From contig CM074513.1 in NCBI GenBank assembly GCA_037379345.1, positions 60,677,195-60,741,194 of the forward strand: a stretch of 64,000 bases of DNA, written 5' to 3'. Position numbers and translations under genes: made by a program. The stretch's first letter is position 1. Every line of letters begins with the position of its first letter. This DNA is from Perna viridis (taxonomy: Eukaryota). Shown here one piece after another: positions 51,801 through 63,300 of this stretch. Below the pieces are notes generated by a model. That model worked only from the letters and a program-made list of their open reading frames with translations, ran no database searches and was not told where the DNA came from.

Positions 51801-54800
51801 CTTTAAATGAAAATAAAACAGACTAAATTATTGACAACAGCCATATTTATTCTCAAAAAAATTAAACTACACATTGAGAAAATGGAATTCAACTAAAAAC
51901 ATCAACTAAATATAACACAAAGCATTATAATCACACTGCTAAATATCAAACTCATAAAAAATAAGCAGGCAACCAAAGCCCAAATCCCAACTAAAAGCAA
52001 AAAGAAAATCACTAGAAGCTAACATAGCCAAATGAACAAAAGATGAGAATCCATCAAGTTTACCCTTCCTCCTAGTAACGTTTTCACACTCATTAAAATG
52101 ATGATTACGTGTGTTTTGAAGCAAAAAGAAAATTCACAAAGGCTCATATAAAAAAAATAACTAGAGAAAAACACATTTCTTACATATAAACAGCAAATCA
52201 ACTGAGCTGTTTCCCATAAAATAATAATTACTTTAGCAACCAAAAACCACAACATAGCATATGTTAATTTGGTGAAAATATGAATGGAATTAAAATGATG
52301 GTGATACAACAAAATGAAGAAAGTTAACTGAAATCAGACAAATAAAATGTTTAATGTTTAATACAGCTTTAGTTTCTTCACCTGTTACAGGATTTTAAGA
52401 TTTAAAATGGAGTCTGACACCAAAACAAAAAAACAAAACAAACAAACGAACAAAAAAAAGGCAATAAATGATGGAGAATTCTCACTGTATGTTCATTATA
52501 AACCATGCTGAGTCTTACCTTCTCGGATTTCTCCACCTCCCCCTCCAACACCCTCACAGCTGGGTGCTTTGGAACACGGGTTGTACTTTTTGTGGGTACA
52601 GATGACATTAATGAGGATTCATGACTGAAATTATATTAATGGGATTTTAATTGGACATAACTTAATTTCTTACTTAATAATAATCTGACCTTTTTCTACC
52701 AATATTATACTGACAATGTTCACAACTAACACTCTAAACACCACCTACTGGTTACAAAAACAATGATCCTAATCACCATTACTGGTTACAAGAACAATGA
52801 TCCTAATCACCACCTACTGGTTACAAAAACAATGATCCTAATCACCACTACTGGTTACAAGAACAATGATCCTAATCACCACTACTGGTTAAAAGAACAA
52901 TGATCCTAATCACTACCTACTGGTTACAAGAACAATGATCCTAATCACCACCTACTGGTTACAAGAACAATGATCCTAATCACTACCTACTGGTTACAAA
53001 AACAATGATCCTAATCACCACTACTGGTTGAAAGAACAATGATCCTAATCACTACCTACTGGTTACAAGAACAATGATCCTAATCACCACTACTGGTTAC
53101 AAGAACAATGATCCTAATCACTACCTACTGGTTACAAGAACAATGATCCTAATCACCACCTACTGGTTACAAGAACAATGATCCTAATCACTACCTACTG
53201 GTTACAAGAACAATGATCCTAATCACTACCTACTGGTTACAAGAACAATGATCCTAATCACCACCTACTGGTTACAAGAACAATGATCCTAATCACTACC
53301 TACTGGTTACAAAAACAATGATCCTAATCACCACTACTGGTTAAAAGAACAATGATCCTAATCACTACCTACTGGTTACAAGAACAATGATCCTAATCAC
53401 CACCTACTGGTTACAAGAACAATGATCCTAATCACTACCTACTGGTTACAAGAACAATGATCCTAATCACCACCTACTGGTTACAAAAACAATGATCCTA
53501 ATCACCACTACTGGTTAAAAGAACAATGATCCTAATCACTACCTACTGGTTACAAGAACAATGATCCTAATCACCACTACTGGTTACAAGAACAATGATC
53601 CTAATCACCACCTACTGGTTACAAGAACAATGATCCTAATCACCACTACTGGTTACAAGAACAATGATCCTAATCACCACTACTGGTAATGATCCCATCA
53701 TTAACAACAAATTAAATCCCTGAAGGCACTGATGTTATAAGAGATTAGACTTTTCAGGATCAAACACAGAAAAACATACAACATTAAAATTTACAGAGTA
53801 AAATTTGAAGTGTGCTTCAGTTATATTCCTAACATTAACAGTCAATTATTCAAAATGTCTTTGATCTTCACTTCATGTTAAATTCCTGATCAAGACAATT
53901 ATTTGATCAGTTTGTTAGGTACAACTGAATGAGTTATCAGTCAATGAAAACAATACTTGTAGAAGTAAATATAAAATTGTTTGAGGAACAATTATTTTTT
54001 ACCATCGGCACAAATCAGAATTGTTGTCATTGCCACACATGACCACAGACTGTACCTCAAATCAATTATCCAGCAATAGAAAATGTTCAATTTTTCATTT
54101 ACGATAAGTAATATTAAGTAATATTTTTGGAACAGACACATGGCGTCAATTCTTATTGGAACAGAACACATGGTGTCAATTCTTATTGGAACAGAACACA
54201 CAATATCATTCCTTATTGGAACAGAACACACAATATCATTCCTTATTGGAACAGAACACACAATGTCATTCCTTATTGGAACATAACACAGTGTCAATTC
54301 TTATTGGAACAGAACATATGGTGTCATTCCTTACTGGAACAAAACACACAAAGTCATTCCTTATTGGAGTAGAACACACAATGTCATTCCTTATTGGAGT
54401 AGAACACAATGTCATTCCTTATTGGAACAGAACACACAGTGTCAATTCTTCTTGGAACAGAATATATGGTGTCATTCCTTACTGGAACAGAACACACAAA
54501 GTCATTCCTTACTGGAGTAGAACACACAATGTCATTCCTTATTGGAACAGAACACACAGTGTCATTCCTTATTGGAACAGAACACATGGTGTCATTCCTT
54601 ATTGAAACAGAATTCAAGATGTCATTCCTTGTTGGTAAATTACAAACCACAAAAAAGATGTCTAAGTGACCTTATTTCCATGTGAACCATGTTGAGTCAC
54701 TACCACAAACAAAATGTCATTTATTCCATACACACATACCTTTTTATACCATGTATGTGATGTACTTTGTTTAATTGTAAAGCATGAACTTAGAAAAAGT

Positions 54801-55522
54801 TTCAATATATAAAAAAAATAATTAAAAAAAAAAAACAATTATAATAACTCACTGTGTTATTACAATCCTTTCCATATTAAAAGATATAATTTTATAAGCT
54901 ATGATAAATGTACCAGAAATTCTTATGTTGTTGTCCTACCTATCAGTACAGGTGGTATAAGTGGCCTATATACTTGTCAGTACAGGTGGTATAAGTGGCC
55001 TATATACTTGTCAGTACAGGTGGTATAAGTAGTCTATACACTATAAAGTGACTTGATACAGGGTTCTGGTAGATAACTTACCAATATAAAGTATTATTAA
55101 TGTACAATTTCCATATACAGAGCATATTCCATTTGGAATAACATTGTATTTCATATAGTGGCATGTTACCTGAAACTTTTTTTCTTTACATAAATAAACA
55201 ATATTTACATTTTCTAAGAAAACAATATTTAAAGCTAAATCAATCAATATTGTCTTGAACATTTAAAATGTATTATTTATCACAATTATCATGCTAGCTT
55301 ATTGGCTTGCATACTTGGGACAATCTTAACAAATGATTGAAAATGATAAAACCTTATGACATCACCATAAGGAAGACAATATAACACATAAAGGCATTAT
55401 CTCCCCTGAGATGAAATTCCAATACAATACTCAAAGAAACCATTAATTTTTAAATGTGTACATCAGAGTAATTAAACCTTACCCTTCTTCTGTTATATCC
55501 TCATTCTTACTTTCTTCCTTTC
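33565..55522 (-). CDS. TACC: Transforming acidic coiled-coil (TACC) family protein, C-terminal 11 exons; 5' part lies further right or outside the window
   Basis: Phase-consistent exon chain ending ...[33 protein letters not shown]...SLDQKIKENEELTAICDELIAKVGTD*, the hallmark TACC domain C-terminus. Confidence 0.93.
34021..34505 (+). mobile_element. Dispersed repeat family with ~170-bp internal subrepeats (Helitron/HINE-like), copy A
   Basis: Starts aacaagaggctcccaggagcctgaatcgctcacctgg. Homologous to 61155-62190, with a related start at 43961. Confidence 0.6.
34575..34875 (+). mobile_element. SINE-like fragment; its 3' tail is shared with 23540-23650 and 30938-31045
   Basis: The gaagacc..ggcc..gggt(t)tgttgtctctttgacata..ccata..attctc..tttat tail is repeated at three places in the window. 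Confidence 0.5.
34897..36259. repeat. Minisatellite, 38-46-bp unit (CAAAGATAGAGATGTAAGGTGTCTGTCTGTCCTCAATGAATA)
   Basis: Tandem array with a 460-bp higher-order duplication (35098/35558). Confidence 0.96.
36269..36389 (-). CDS. TACC: TACC exon ASVEMDKLRRSTSSDMARLEAAMRKSDLQVASLQKSLDQK
   Basis: 121 nt, phase 2/0. Confidence 0.93.
36600..36706 (-). CDS. TACC: TACC exon [35 protein letters not shown]
   Basis: 107 nt, phase 0/2, gtaagt donor. Confidence 0.93.
37190..37865 (+). mobile_element. Helentron/HINE-like (pearl-type) non-autonomous element remnant
   Basis: Internal ~170-bp imperfect subrepeats (37236, 37407, 37709), an (ACAG)n microsatellite, and a terminal hairpin TATACCCCCC-AAACTTCCTTTGA-GGGGGTATA. 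Confidence 0.6.
38250..38342 (-). CDS. TACC: TACC exon [31 protein letters not shown]
   Basis: 93 nt, phase 0/0, conserved FSDL..RYEK motif. Confidence 0.95.
38420..38727. mobile_element. Degenerate MITE with a tandemly amplified right subterminal motif
   Basis: Left tgggtaccaattttcatgg versus right aaatactggtaccca (inverted). The right motif is repeated about 4 times at a ~33-bp period. Confidence 0.5.
39028..39228. repeat. Minisatellite, ~33-bp unit (AACTCAAAAACTGTAAGAGATATCTAAATCCTT)
   Basis: About 6 copies. Confidence 0.9.
39688..39755 (-). CDS. TACC: TACC exon (A)ETEKTTNESQSNMEDIIKERDQ
   Basis: 68 nt, phase 1/0. Confidence 0.9.
40300..41266. repeat. Minisatellite, 38-43-bp unit (TTGTCTCCCAGGACAGGTAATAAGAGAATGGATCTTAC)
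   Basis: Degenerate over 40300-40980 and homogeneous over 40985-41266. Confidence 0.9.
41862..41905 (-). CDS. TACC: TACC exon (K)MIVTEFEKTIAQLQ
   Basis: 44 nt, phase 2/1, conserved E(Y/F)EKTIAQ motif. Confidence 0.92.
41910..42405. repeat. Minisatellite, 36-bp unit (CACAAGTGGTCATATCAATCTGTCAGTTATAAACAT), interrupted
   Basis: Two blocks of tandem copies. Confidence 0.88.
43025..43203 (-). CDS. TACC: TACC exon VLKYSQSDWNKMKQDLELDFQTRLLNKEREW...NNDM
   Basis: 179 nt, phase 0/2. The YSQxD motif marks the start of the TACC domain. Confidence 0.92.
45100..45854 (-). mobile_element. Composite element: two tandem ~408-bp units with a tRNA-Leu-like Pol III head, bounded by ~72-bp inverted repeats, in (TA)n
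   Basis: The minus strand reads TGGTCGAGTGGTCTAGGGTGCTGGACT (A box, tRNA-Leu-like) ... GAGTTCGAGTCCC (B box) at 45248-45341 and 45656-45749. 45101-45172 is the reverse complement of 45781-45854. Confidence 0.8.
45935..47535. repeat. Minisatellite, ~50/58-bp unit (CTACTGGTTCCAAACCCTCACTGCTTGAAGTATCATACTAACCCC..)
   Basis: About 28 copies, with long and short variants differing by TAAAAT. Confidence 0.96.
48669..48722 (-). CDS. TACC: Probable TACC exon NGMRDRMDNTDSIVQLVQ
   Basis: 54 nt, ttttag acceptor, CAG|gtatgt donor, phase 0/0. Confidence 0.75.
50904..50993 (-). CDS. TACC: Probable TACC exon HHHGEEVEDLQYYDAYEYPPSHAESSRVKK
   Basis: 90 nt open frame, poly-T tract plus tag acceptor, AAG|gtacca donor. 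Confidence 0.7.
51270..51470. repeat. Minisatellite, 50-bp unit
   Basis: 3-4 copies of ACCTCCAAAATCAATCCCAGCCTTCCTGTAGGTGGTTGTCACCTTGTGGT. Confidence 0.9.
52519..52624 (-). CDS. TACC: Probable TACC exon HESSLMSSVPTKSTTRVPKHPAVRVLEGEVEKSEK
   Basis: 106 nt, phase 2/0, AAG|gtaaga donor, GC-richer than its flanks. Confidence 0.75.
52738..53687. repeat. Minisatellite, 34/35-bp unit TACTGGTTACAAGAACAATGATCCTAATCAC(C/T)AC(C)
   Basis: About 27 near-identical copies. Confidence 0.97.
54127..54632. repeat. Minisatellite, 30-bp unit TGGAACAGAACACACAATGTCATTCCTTAT
   Basis: About 17 copies. Confidence 0.95.
54943..55035. repeat. Short tandem repeat, 34-bp unit
   Basis: About 2.7 copies of TCAGTACAGGTGGTATAAGTGGCCTATATACTTG. 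Confidence 0.85.
55483..55522 (-). CDS. TACC: Probable TACC exon KEESKNEDITEE(G)
   Basis: 40 nt, phase 1/2, gtaagg donor. The phase matches the 52624 acceptor. Confidence 0.65.
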
Positions 55523-56567
55523 CTACAATTATAAATCAATAATGTATTACATATCCTTGTGTATTCTGTTCAGGATTCATTAAGATATGGAAATAAACAG
55601 TTCAATGTCGTTCCTGTTGTCACAGGTAAAAAATACCAATTCCATAGAATAAAACATTGGTTCGATCAAGATCTATGCTGTGTCTAATCAATAATGGTAA
55701 ATTGAGATCTATTGACCCATGTTAAAGAGAGGAGGGCTATATATTATAATTATAACAGACACTTGTAAAAGGTGCAAAGAATACTATGTAAGGCTGTTTA
55801 AATACCACATGAATTAAATAGTAAAAGTTTGTGACAATAACTTGTATTGTCATTTTCTTGAGTATGATTATAAAGAGTTCAATTGGTGATATCCAATATC
55901 AGTAAGTTAAGCCAATACACTGCATATTCACAGGGGTATTTAATCAGAGCATAATACACACAGTCAATAGACATTTAAATTGTTAACCTGCCGATTTAGT
56001 TAAACCTTCAAAATATAGTAAAATAAATGGTGTTCCTTTACAGAGGTAATAAAGTATGTATAATATAGAATGGCTGTTACTCAATATTAATATGTTTATT
56101 GATAATATTCTGATCACAGCTTACATTTACTTATTAAACTTTGGCAACATTTAAATACACAATACTCGATTGTAAAACATTTGTGCTTGTAGAAATGAAG
56201 ATGCTAAGGATATTACTGTGAAAAAAAAAATCTGCAAGCAAGCTAACCTGCTTACCTCATATCATGCAAATGATAAAGACTATGTAAAAAAATACATTCA
56301 GGTTTTAAACAAATAAAAAAAAAGATAAATAAATAAGATTAAAGTGAAGCAGTGGTCATGGGACATAAAGAAACATATGTAGTAAATTTTCTCAAATATT
56401 TCTTGTTATTATTAATTACATACAATTCTCCATTTTTGTAAGCAGTAATATGCAATGAGATAAAATCAGGCCAATAAAGATTTAAAGGATGTTCATACTT
56501 CAACATGATTCATCTGAACTTATAACTACCGGTACATGTATAAAAAGGATAAGAAACAAGAGGAGGC

Positions 56568-57105
56568 AGGGAGCACCCGAGAACTGGACTGTACACAATT
56601 TATTTCTATAGGGAGCATCAGGGTACTTGACTGTACAAGAGTTAATTCTATAGGGAGCATCAGGATACTAGACTGAACACGAGTTCATTCTATAGGGAGC
56701 ATCAGGGTACTAGACTGTACACAAGTTAATTCTATAGGGAGCATCGGTGTACTAGACTGTACATGAGTTAATTCTATAGGGAGCATCAGGATACTAGACT
56801 GAACACGAGTTCATTCTATAGGGAGCATCAGGGTACTAGACTGTACACAATTTATTTCTATAGGGAGCATCAGGGTACTCGACTGTACAAGAGTTAATTC
56901 TATAGGGAGCATCAGGATACTAGACTGAACACGAGTTCATTCTATAGGGAGCATCAGGGTACTAGACTGTACACAAGTTAATTCTATAGGGAGCATCAGG
57001 GTACTAGACTGAACAAGAGTTAATTCTATAGGGAGCATCAGGATACTAGACTGAACACGAGTTCATTCTATAGGGAGCATCAGGGTACTAGACTGTACAC
57101 AAGTT
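56568..57105. repeat. Minisatellite, 42-bp unit TCTATAGGGAGCATCAGGGTACTAGACTGTACACAAGTTAAT
   Basis: About 12 copies. Confidence 0.95.
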
Positions 57106-58131
57106 GAGTTACTTCTATGATAATATGACAAAGCAACCTTCACCATGAATAAGTTTTAATCTTAATAGGAAGAAGATGTGTTAAAGCCCTTCCATTTGGC
57201 TGCGGCCATCTATCGAGTTTGATTACCAGTGATTGGCTCAGTATTAGAGAGATGTTTTAGGAACTCATCCACTTGCTGAGCCTTCTGAGCCCCAATAAAA
57301 ATGAAATGTAAGAAGAGGGTTTTCAAATTAACAACTCTACAAAATTTCAAAGCACTGGCCCTCAAGTTTTAGTGGAGCTGATTTAAAAAAAATATTCATC
57401 AACTAAAAACTTACATAATCTCATTCAGCCAAAACGAACAATAAAGCAGAACTAAAATTTAATTGAACATACAAGTTCTTTGCCAAGGTTATCTTTGGCA
57501 GTGTATTAGGAAAGATAAAGACAAACTATATTTGCACATAGTGTTGCTTTGGAAACTTAAGTTGCCACAGTTGCTCATTGAGCCACCTGAGCTGCACAAA
57601 AAGTAGATCTCCATAAAGTTTCAAAAGTCCCTGTAATTTCAGATGAGTTGTTAATTTTTGAATATCTGCCAATCAAAAGCTTCAATAACCATAATATACC
57701 ACTTGTTCAATCAAAAGGAAATGAAAGTTGACCTTAAATAGCATGTCAACTACACAGATGCTAAGATATAACATGAGCTGCATTAGTCTTTAGTCCAGGC
57801 AAGCTTAAATAAAGCAATTAAGCCTGCAAACAAAAGTCTGACAAGTTGATAATGAATATATCATGTGTTGATAAACATGAATTTTCTTAATTTAAGCATA
57901 CAGCACAACTTTTACATTTATATTCAAAAAAATATTTCTACAAAAACAAACAGCATTAGAATCTGATGATACTAGTGCCTGATGTATACAACTAAGATTC
58001 AGGTAATAACTACCTCAAAATAAGGAGCCGACTAAAACTAGGACAGTTATAACTAAGATAAATAGGTTAAAAAATTGGGGGAAAGATAACAGAATTATTG
58101 TAACTAAGCATCCTTTATCATTACTTCATTG

Positions 58132-58507
58132 TTGGACTTCGTGCAAGCGGTGTTGCCGTAGATGTCACAGCAGTACGAGTTTGAGTCCCGCAAAGGGAAC
58201 AACAAAAAATTTTCTTTGCAAACAACAGTTCTAACATCGTTGGGAATTTTTCAGACCCTTCTATAAGTTTACATTATCTTCCCTGTATCAATTTGATCTG
58301 ATGGAGTAGTGTAGTCAATAGAGTCGTCACCTTCTGAAACATTTGTGTAATATTGATTTGTTATGACGTGTCGCTCATTTGATCCTCTATCTTACATAAC
58401 AACACATAGATGAGCTTTCCCGTACTACCATACATTGTGTACTAAGTTACAGACCTAGAGTAATCAACCCGGCAGACAAAAGACACATTTTTTATACAGC
58501 CAACTAG
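58132..58507 (+). mobile_element. Diverged, circularly permuted single copy of the same tRNA-derived unit, in opposite orientation
   Basis: Colinear with the reverse complement of about 45335-45722. It begins within the tRNA-like part and ends at the tRNA 5' start. Confidence 0.8.
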
Positions 58508-59858
58508 CAAATATGGTTACTAGGAGACAGTTATCATTACTTCATTGTACATACGGTTACTAAGAGACACAGTTATCATTACTTCATTGTACATACGGTT
58601 ACTAGGAGACACAGTTATCATTACTTCATTGTAAATACAGTTACTAGGAGACAGTTATCATTACTTCATTGCACATATGGTTACTAAGAGACACAGTTAT
58701 CATTACTTCATTGTACATATGGTTACTAGGAGACACAGTTATCATTACTTCATTGCACATACGGTTACTAGGAGACAGTTATCATTACTTCATTGTACAT
58801 ATGGTTACTAGGAGATACAGTTATCATTACTTCATTGTACATATGGTTACTAGGAGACAGTTATCATTACTTCATTGTAAATACGGTTACTAGGAGACAC
58901 AGTTATCATTACTTCATTGCACATACGGTTACTAGGAGACACAGTTATCATTACTTCATTGTACATATGGTTACTAGGAGACAGTTATCATTACTTCATT
59001 GTAAATACGGTTACTAGGAGACACAGTTATCATTACTTCATTGCACATATGGTTACTAGGAGACACAGTTATCATTACTTCATTGTACATATGGTTACTA
59101 GGAGACAGTTATCATTACTTCATTGTACATATGGTTACTAGGAGACACAGTTATCATTACTTCATTGCACATACGGTTACTAGGAGACAGTTATCATTAC
59201 TTCATTGTACATATGGTTACTAGGAGACACAGTTATCATTACTTCATTGTACATATGGTTACTAGGAGACACAGTTATCATTACTTCATTGTACATATGG
59301 TTACTAGGAGACACAGTTATCATTACTTCATTGTAAATATGGTTACTAGGAGACACAGTTATCATTACTTCATTGTACATACGGTTACTAGGAGACACAG
59401 TTATCATTACTTCATTGCACATACGGTTACTAGGAGACACAGTTATCATTACTTCATTGTACATATGGTTACTAGGAGACAGTTATCATTACTTCATTGT
59501 AAATACGGTTACTAGGAGACACAGTTATCATTACTTCATTGTACATACGGTTACTAGGAGACATAGTTATCATTACTTCATTGCACATACGGTTACTAGG
59601 AGACACAGTTATCATTACTTCATTGTACATATGGTTACTAGGAGACACAGTTATCATATATTAATTGTGCATATGGTTACTAGGAGACAGTTATCATTAC
59701 TTCATTGCACATATGGTTACTAGGAGACAGTTATCATTACTTCATTGTACATATAGTTACTAGGAGACACAGTTATCATTACTTCATTGTACATACTGTT
59801 ACTAGGAGACACAGTTATCATTACTTCATTGTACATATGGTTACTAGGAGACACAGTT
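58508..59858. repeat. Minisatellite, 40/42-bp unit ATGGTTACTAGGAGAC(AC)AGTTATCATTACTTCATTGTACAT
   Basis: About 32 copies. Confidence 0.97.
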
Positions 59859-60639
59859 AACTTTCATGGATCAGCATTCAAAACAAAAACAAAATGTTTT
59901 AAAATTTACAAATAATGATATTGAAAATTAAAGTGAACCACAGCAAATTTTGTGAGTATGACAAGCTTTATTTAAATCCAAACCATTCACCATATCACTT
60001 ACATAGAAATGTGCCATGCAATACTAAAACAGTTTAGAAAATAAAATTCAGTTTTATAAATATACTCAAGCACCAGTTATTCTCAGCTGTGTTCTGTAAC
60101 ATTTATAAGCTGTTACAGACAATCAGAATTTTATAAGCCTAGTTATACATAGCACAGATTATCAATGAAATCATACATGTAATATCAATCACACATGTAA
60201 TACCAATTTCTCCAGTTGATGAGCTTTAACACTAAATCAAGTGTGAACATTTTACTAAGTTGAATCAGATAGAAGGTACTGTAACAATCTGAACAGTTTA
60301 TCACTGGAAAAATCATTGTAAATAGCTAATATAAAGATGCCTTATAACATCTACAAATGTACCTACTGAACACTCTATGAAAAGAATTAAATTTGGTACC
60401 AAAACTCAGGACAACTAAGTATGATTGATTGCTACAGACAAAGTGTAACAGTTCTGCCGTCTAGATACATCATGGTTTTATATGAATCAGTGAGTTATTA
60501 TAAACAAGGAGTCAATGCAAGCAGTGAGTCAATGTAATCAGTGAGTACACAGTTATATTGTAGTATTTTTCACAGTGTACTTATTTTCTATTTTCAAGGT
60601 GAAAAAGAAAAGTGACAAACATCATACAATCATTTCTCA

Positions 60640-60823
60640 TATCAAAACTGTAAATGTTTAAACCTGTAAATATACTCATTTAACCAATCAAAACTGTGAA
60701 TGTTTAAACCTGTAAATATACTCATTTAACCAATCAAAACGGTGAATAGTTAAACCTGTAAATACACTCATTTAACCAATCAAAACTGAATGTTTAAACC
60801 TGTAAATATACTTATTTAACCAA
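60640..60823. repeat. Minisatellite, ~46-bp unit
   Basis: 4 copies of ATCAAAACTGTGAATGTTTAAACCTGTAAATATACTCATTTAACCA. Confidence 0.9.
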
Positions 60824-61154
60824 AGTCTTTAAACAGAAATATAGTTTTATATAGAAACATATCACTAAGTTGAAATTGTATCTGTAGTCAGCTTGGTGGT
60901 TTCTGTTTCTCCAATGTAACATTTGGTTGTTTATCAGTAAGATAATTGGCCATACTTTTGTCCTTTGCCATGGTGAGGTCTATATAATCATTGGAAATAA
61001 TTGTTGCAAACTTTACAAAATAAAACTGTACATGCCCATTCTATATAGGTATTAGGTTGTTACATCCCTGTCAGTGAGTTATTGTTCTTCAGACCAGTCA
61101 TATATTTTTTCAGAATTCAAATATTCAAATATATTTATCTATTCATTTGTTAGA

Positions 61155-62190
61155 TAACTAGAGGCTATAAAGAGCCTAATTGCTCACCTTGTGCAATAAG
61201 TACCATTCTTTTTTTTTGTAAAAGCGATCATGTATTTTCTTGGATAAAAATTCCCAACCCTCATACCAAAGGAACAATCATATCAATTTTCATTTAATTC
61301 TGTGCTGTAGGTTGTGAGGAGAAAATTATTTAATACACTTTAAAATAGCAAAAGAAGTCGAAAAGGGCAATAACACATACGTGGGTTAACAGATTTGCCA
61401 CAGATAGATCAATTCATGCTGAACATTTTGTCAGAATTTGGCTAAACCAAAAAGTTTTGAAAATATATGCAAAAAACTTCTGTCTCACCCTTATATTTTG
61501 TTTTTGTAACAGCAAACATGTTTTTTAACGTATAAAAAATCCCCACTTCAGTTCTATGCAGAACACTCTAATTAACATTCATGCCAAGTTTGGTTCTAAT
61601 TGGTTAAGTATTTTCATAGAAGAAGATATTTAAATAAATTGTTAACGAGGACGACTGACACCAAGTGATGGCATTAGCTCACCTGGTTAAATTTTTGCCA
61701 TTTAAGAGAAATAACTCTAACAAGGAGTTATCCAACAATCATGTCATCAATTGAAAGTTTCTATCTATTACAGTTTTTAAGATATTGGCTGAAAATTGTC
61801 AGAATTTTTTTATCCCCTGCAAACTTTTGTAGACCTTTTCATAAGGATCATTTCAACAATTGAAAGTTTCTTTTTATCTATCATAGTTTTCAAGGGCAAT
61901 AACTCTAACAAGGAGTCGTCAGACAACTTCGATCCAAGCAGACTTTTGTAGGCCTTATAATAAGGATCATTTATGGAATGAAAGAATTTGGCTAAACTTA
62001 ATAGTTTTGGAGATATATGAGAAAAAATTCTGTCTGACCTCTTTAATTTATTTTTAGTAACAGAGGCCATGTTTTTCTACAGATTAAAAATCCTATCATC
62101 AGATCTATGCAGAATACTCTATGAAATATTCATGCCAAATTTTGTTCTAATTGATTAGGTCGTTTCAGAGGAGAAGATTTTGAAAGAAAC
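61155..62190 (+). mobile_element. Same dispersed repeat family, copy B (nested/tandem fragments)
   Basis: Shares caagggcaataactctaacaaggag, ataaggatcattt and ggccatgtttttctac..aaaaatcc blocks with 34021-34505. Confidence 0.6.
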
Positions 62191-62214
62191 AACATCAGAA
62201 ATTAAAAATTACTA

Positions 62215-63300
62215 ATTTCACTGATACACAACTGTAATAATTTGTTTGACTACTGATACACAACTTTAATAACTTTTTTGACTACTGATACACAACAGTA
62301 ACTGCTAGTTTGACTGAATGGATACACAACTATTATAACTATTATTGCTTGTTTGACTACTGATACATAGCAGTAACTGCTAGTTTGACTGAATGGATAC
62401 ACAACCGTTATAACTGGTTTGACTGAATGGATATACAACTGTTATAACTGGTTTGACGGAATGGATATACAACTGTAATAACTTTTTTGACTACTGATAC
62501 ACAACAGTAACTGCTAGTTTGACTGAATGGATACACAATTATGCAAATAAAATATGTTTAAACTAACTGTTATAACCTGTTTGACTACTGACATACAACA
62601 GTAACTGCTAGTTTGACTGAATGGATACACAACTGTTATAACTGGTTTGACTGAATGGATATACAACTGTTATAACTGGTTTGACTACTGATATATAGCA
62701 GTAACTGCTAGTTTGACTGAATGGATACACAACTGTTATTGCTAGTTTGCTGATCTGATACACAACAGTAACAGCTTGTCTGGTTGAACTGATACACTAC
62801 TGTTACAGCTTGTCTGACTGAACTGATACACTACTGTTACAGCTTGTCTGGCTGAACTGATACACTACTGTTACAGCTTGTCTGGCTGAACTGATACACT
62901 ACTGTTACAGCTTGTCTGGCTGAACTGATACACTACTGTTACAGCTTGTCTGACTGAACTGATACACTACTGTTACAGCTTGTCTGACTGAACTGATAAG
63001 CTATTGTTACGGCTTGTCTGGCTAAACTGATACATTAGTGTAACAGCTTGTCTGGCTGAACTGATACACTACAGTTACAGCTTGTCTGACTGAACTGATA
63101 CACTAATGTAACAACTTTTCTAATTGAATTGATACACTACTGTAATTGCTTGTCTGACTACAGTGATACACAACTGTGACAGAATGAAATGATACATAAG
63201 AGAAGTAGCTAGTTTGATTGAACTGATACACAATAAAACTTGCTAGTTTGAAAGAATGAAATGATACATAAGAAAAGTTACTAGTATGAAACAAGTAAAC
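62215..63300. repeat. Compound minisatellite, ~29-34-bp units (GACTGAATGGATACACAACTG.. grading into ACTGATACACTACTGTTACAGCTTGTCTG..)
   Basis: Tandem units with a progressive change of consensus. Confidence 0.9.

Noticed and set aside
2240-63300. Regular 26-61-bp repeat arrays as CRISPR arrays
   Set aside because: The units are head-to-tail with no unique spacers, no cas genes are present, and the context is eukaryotic introns.
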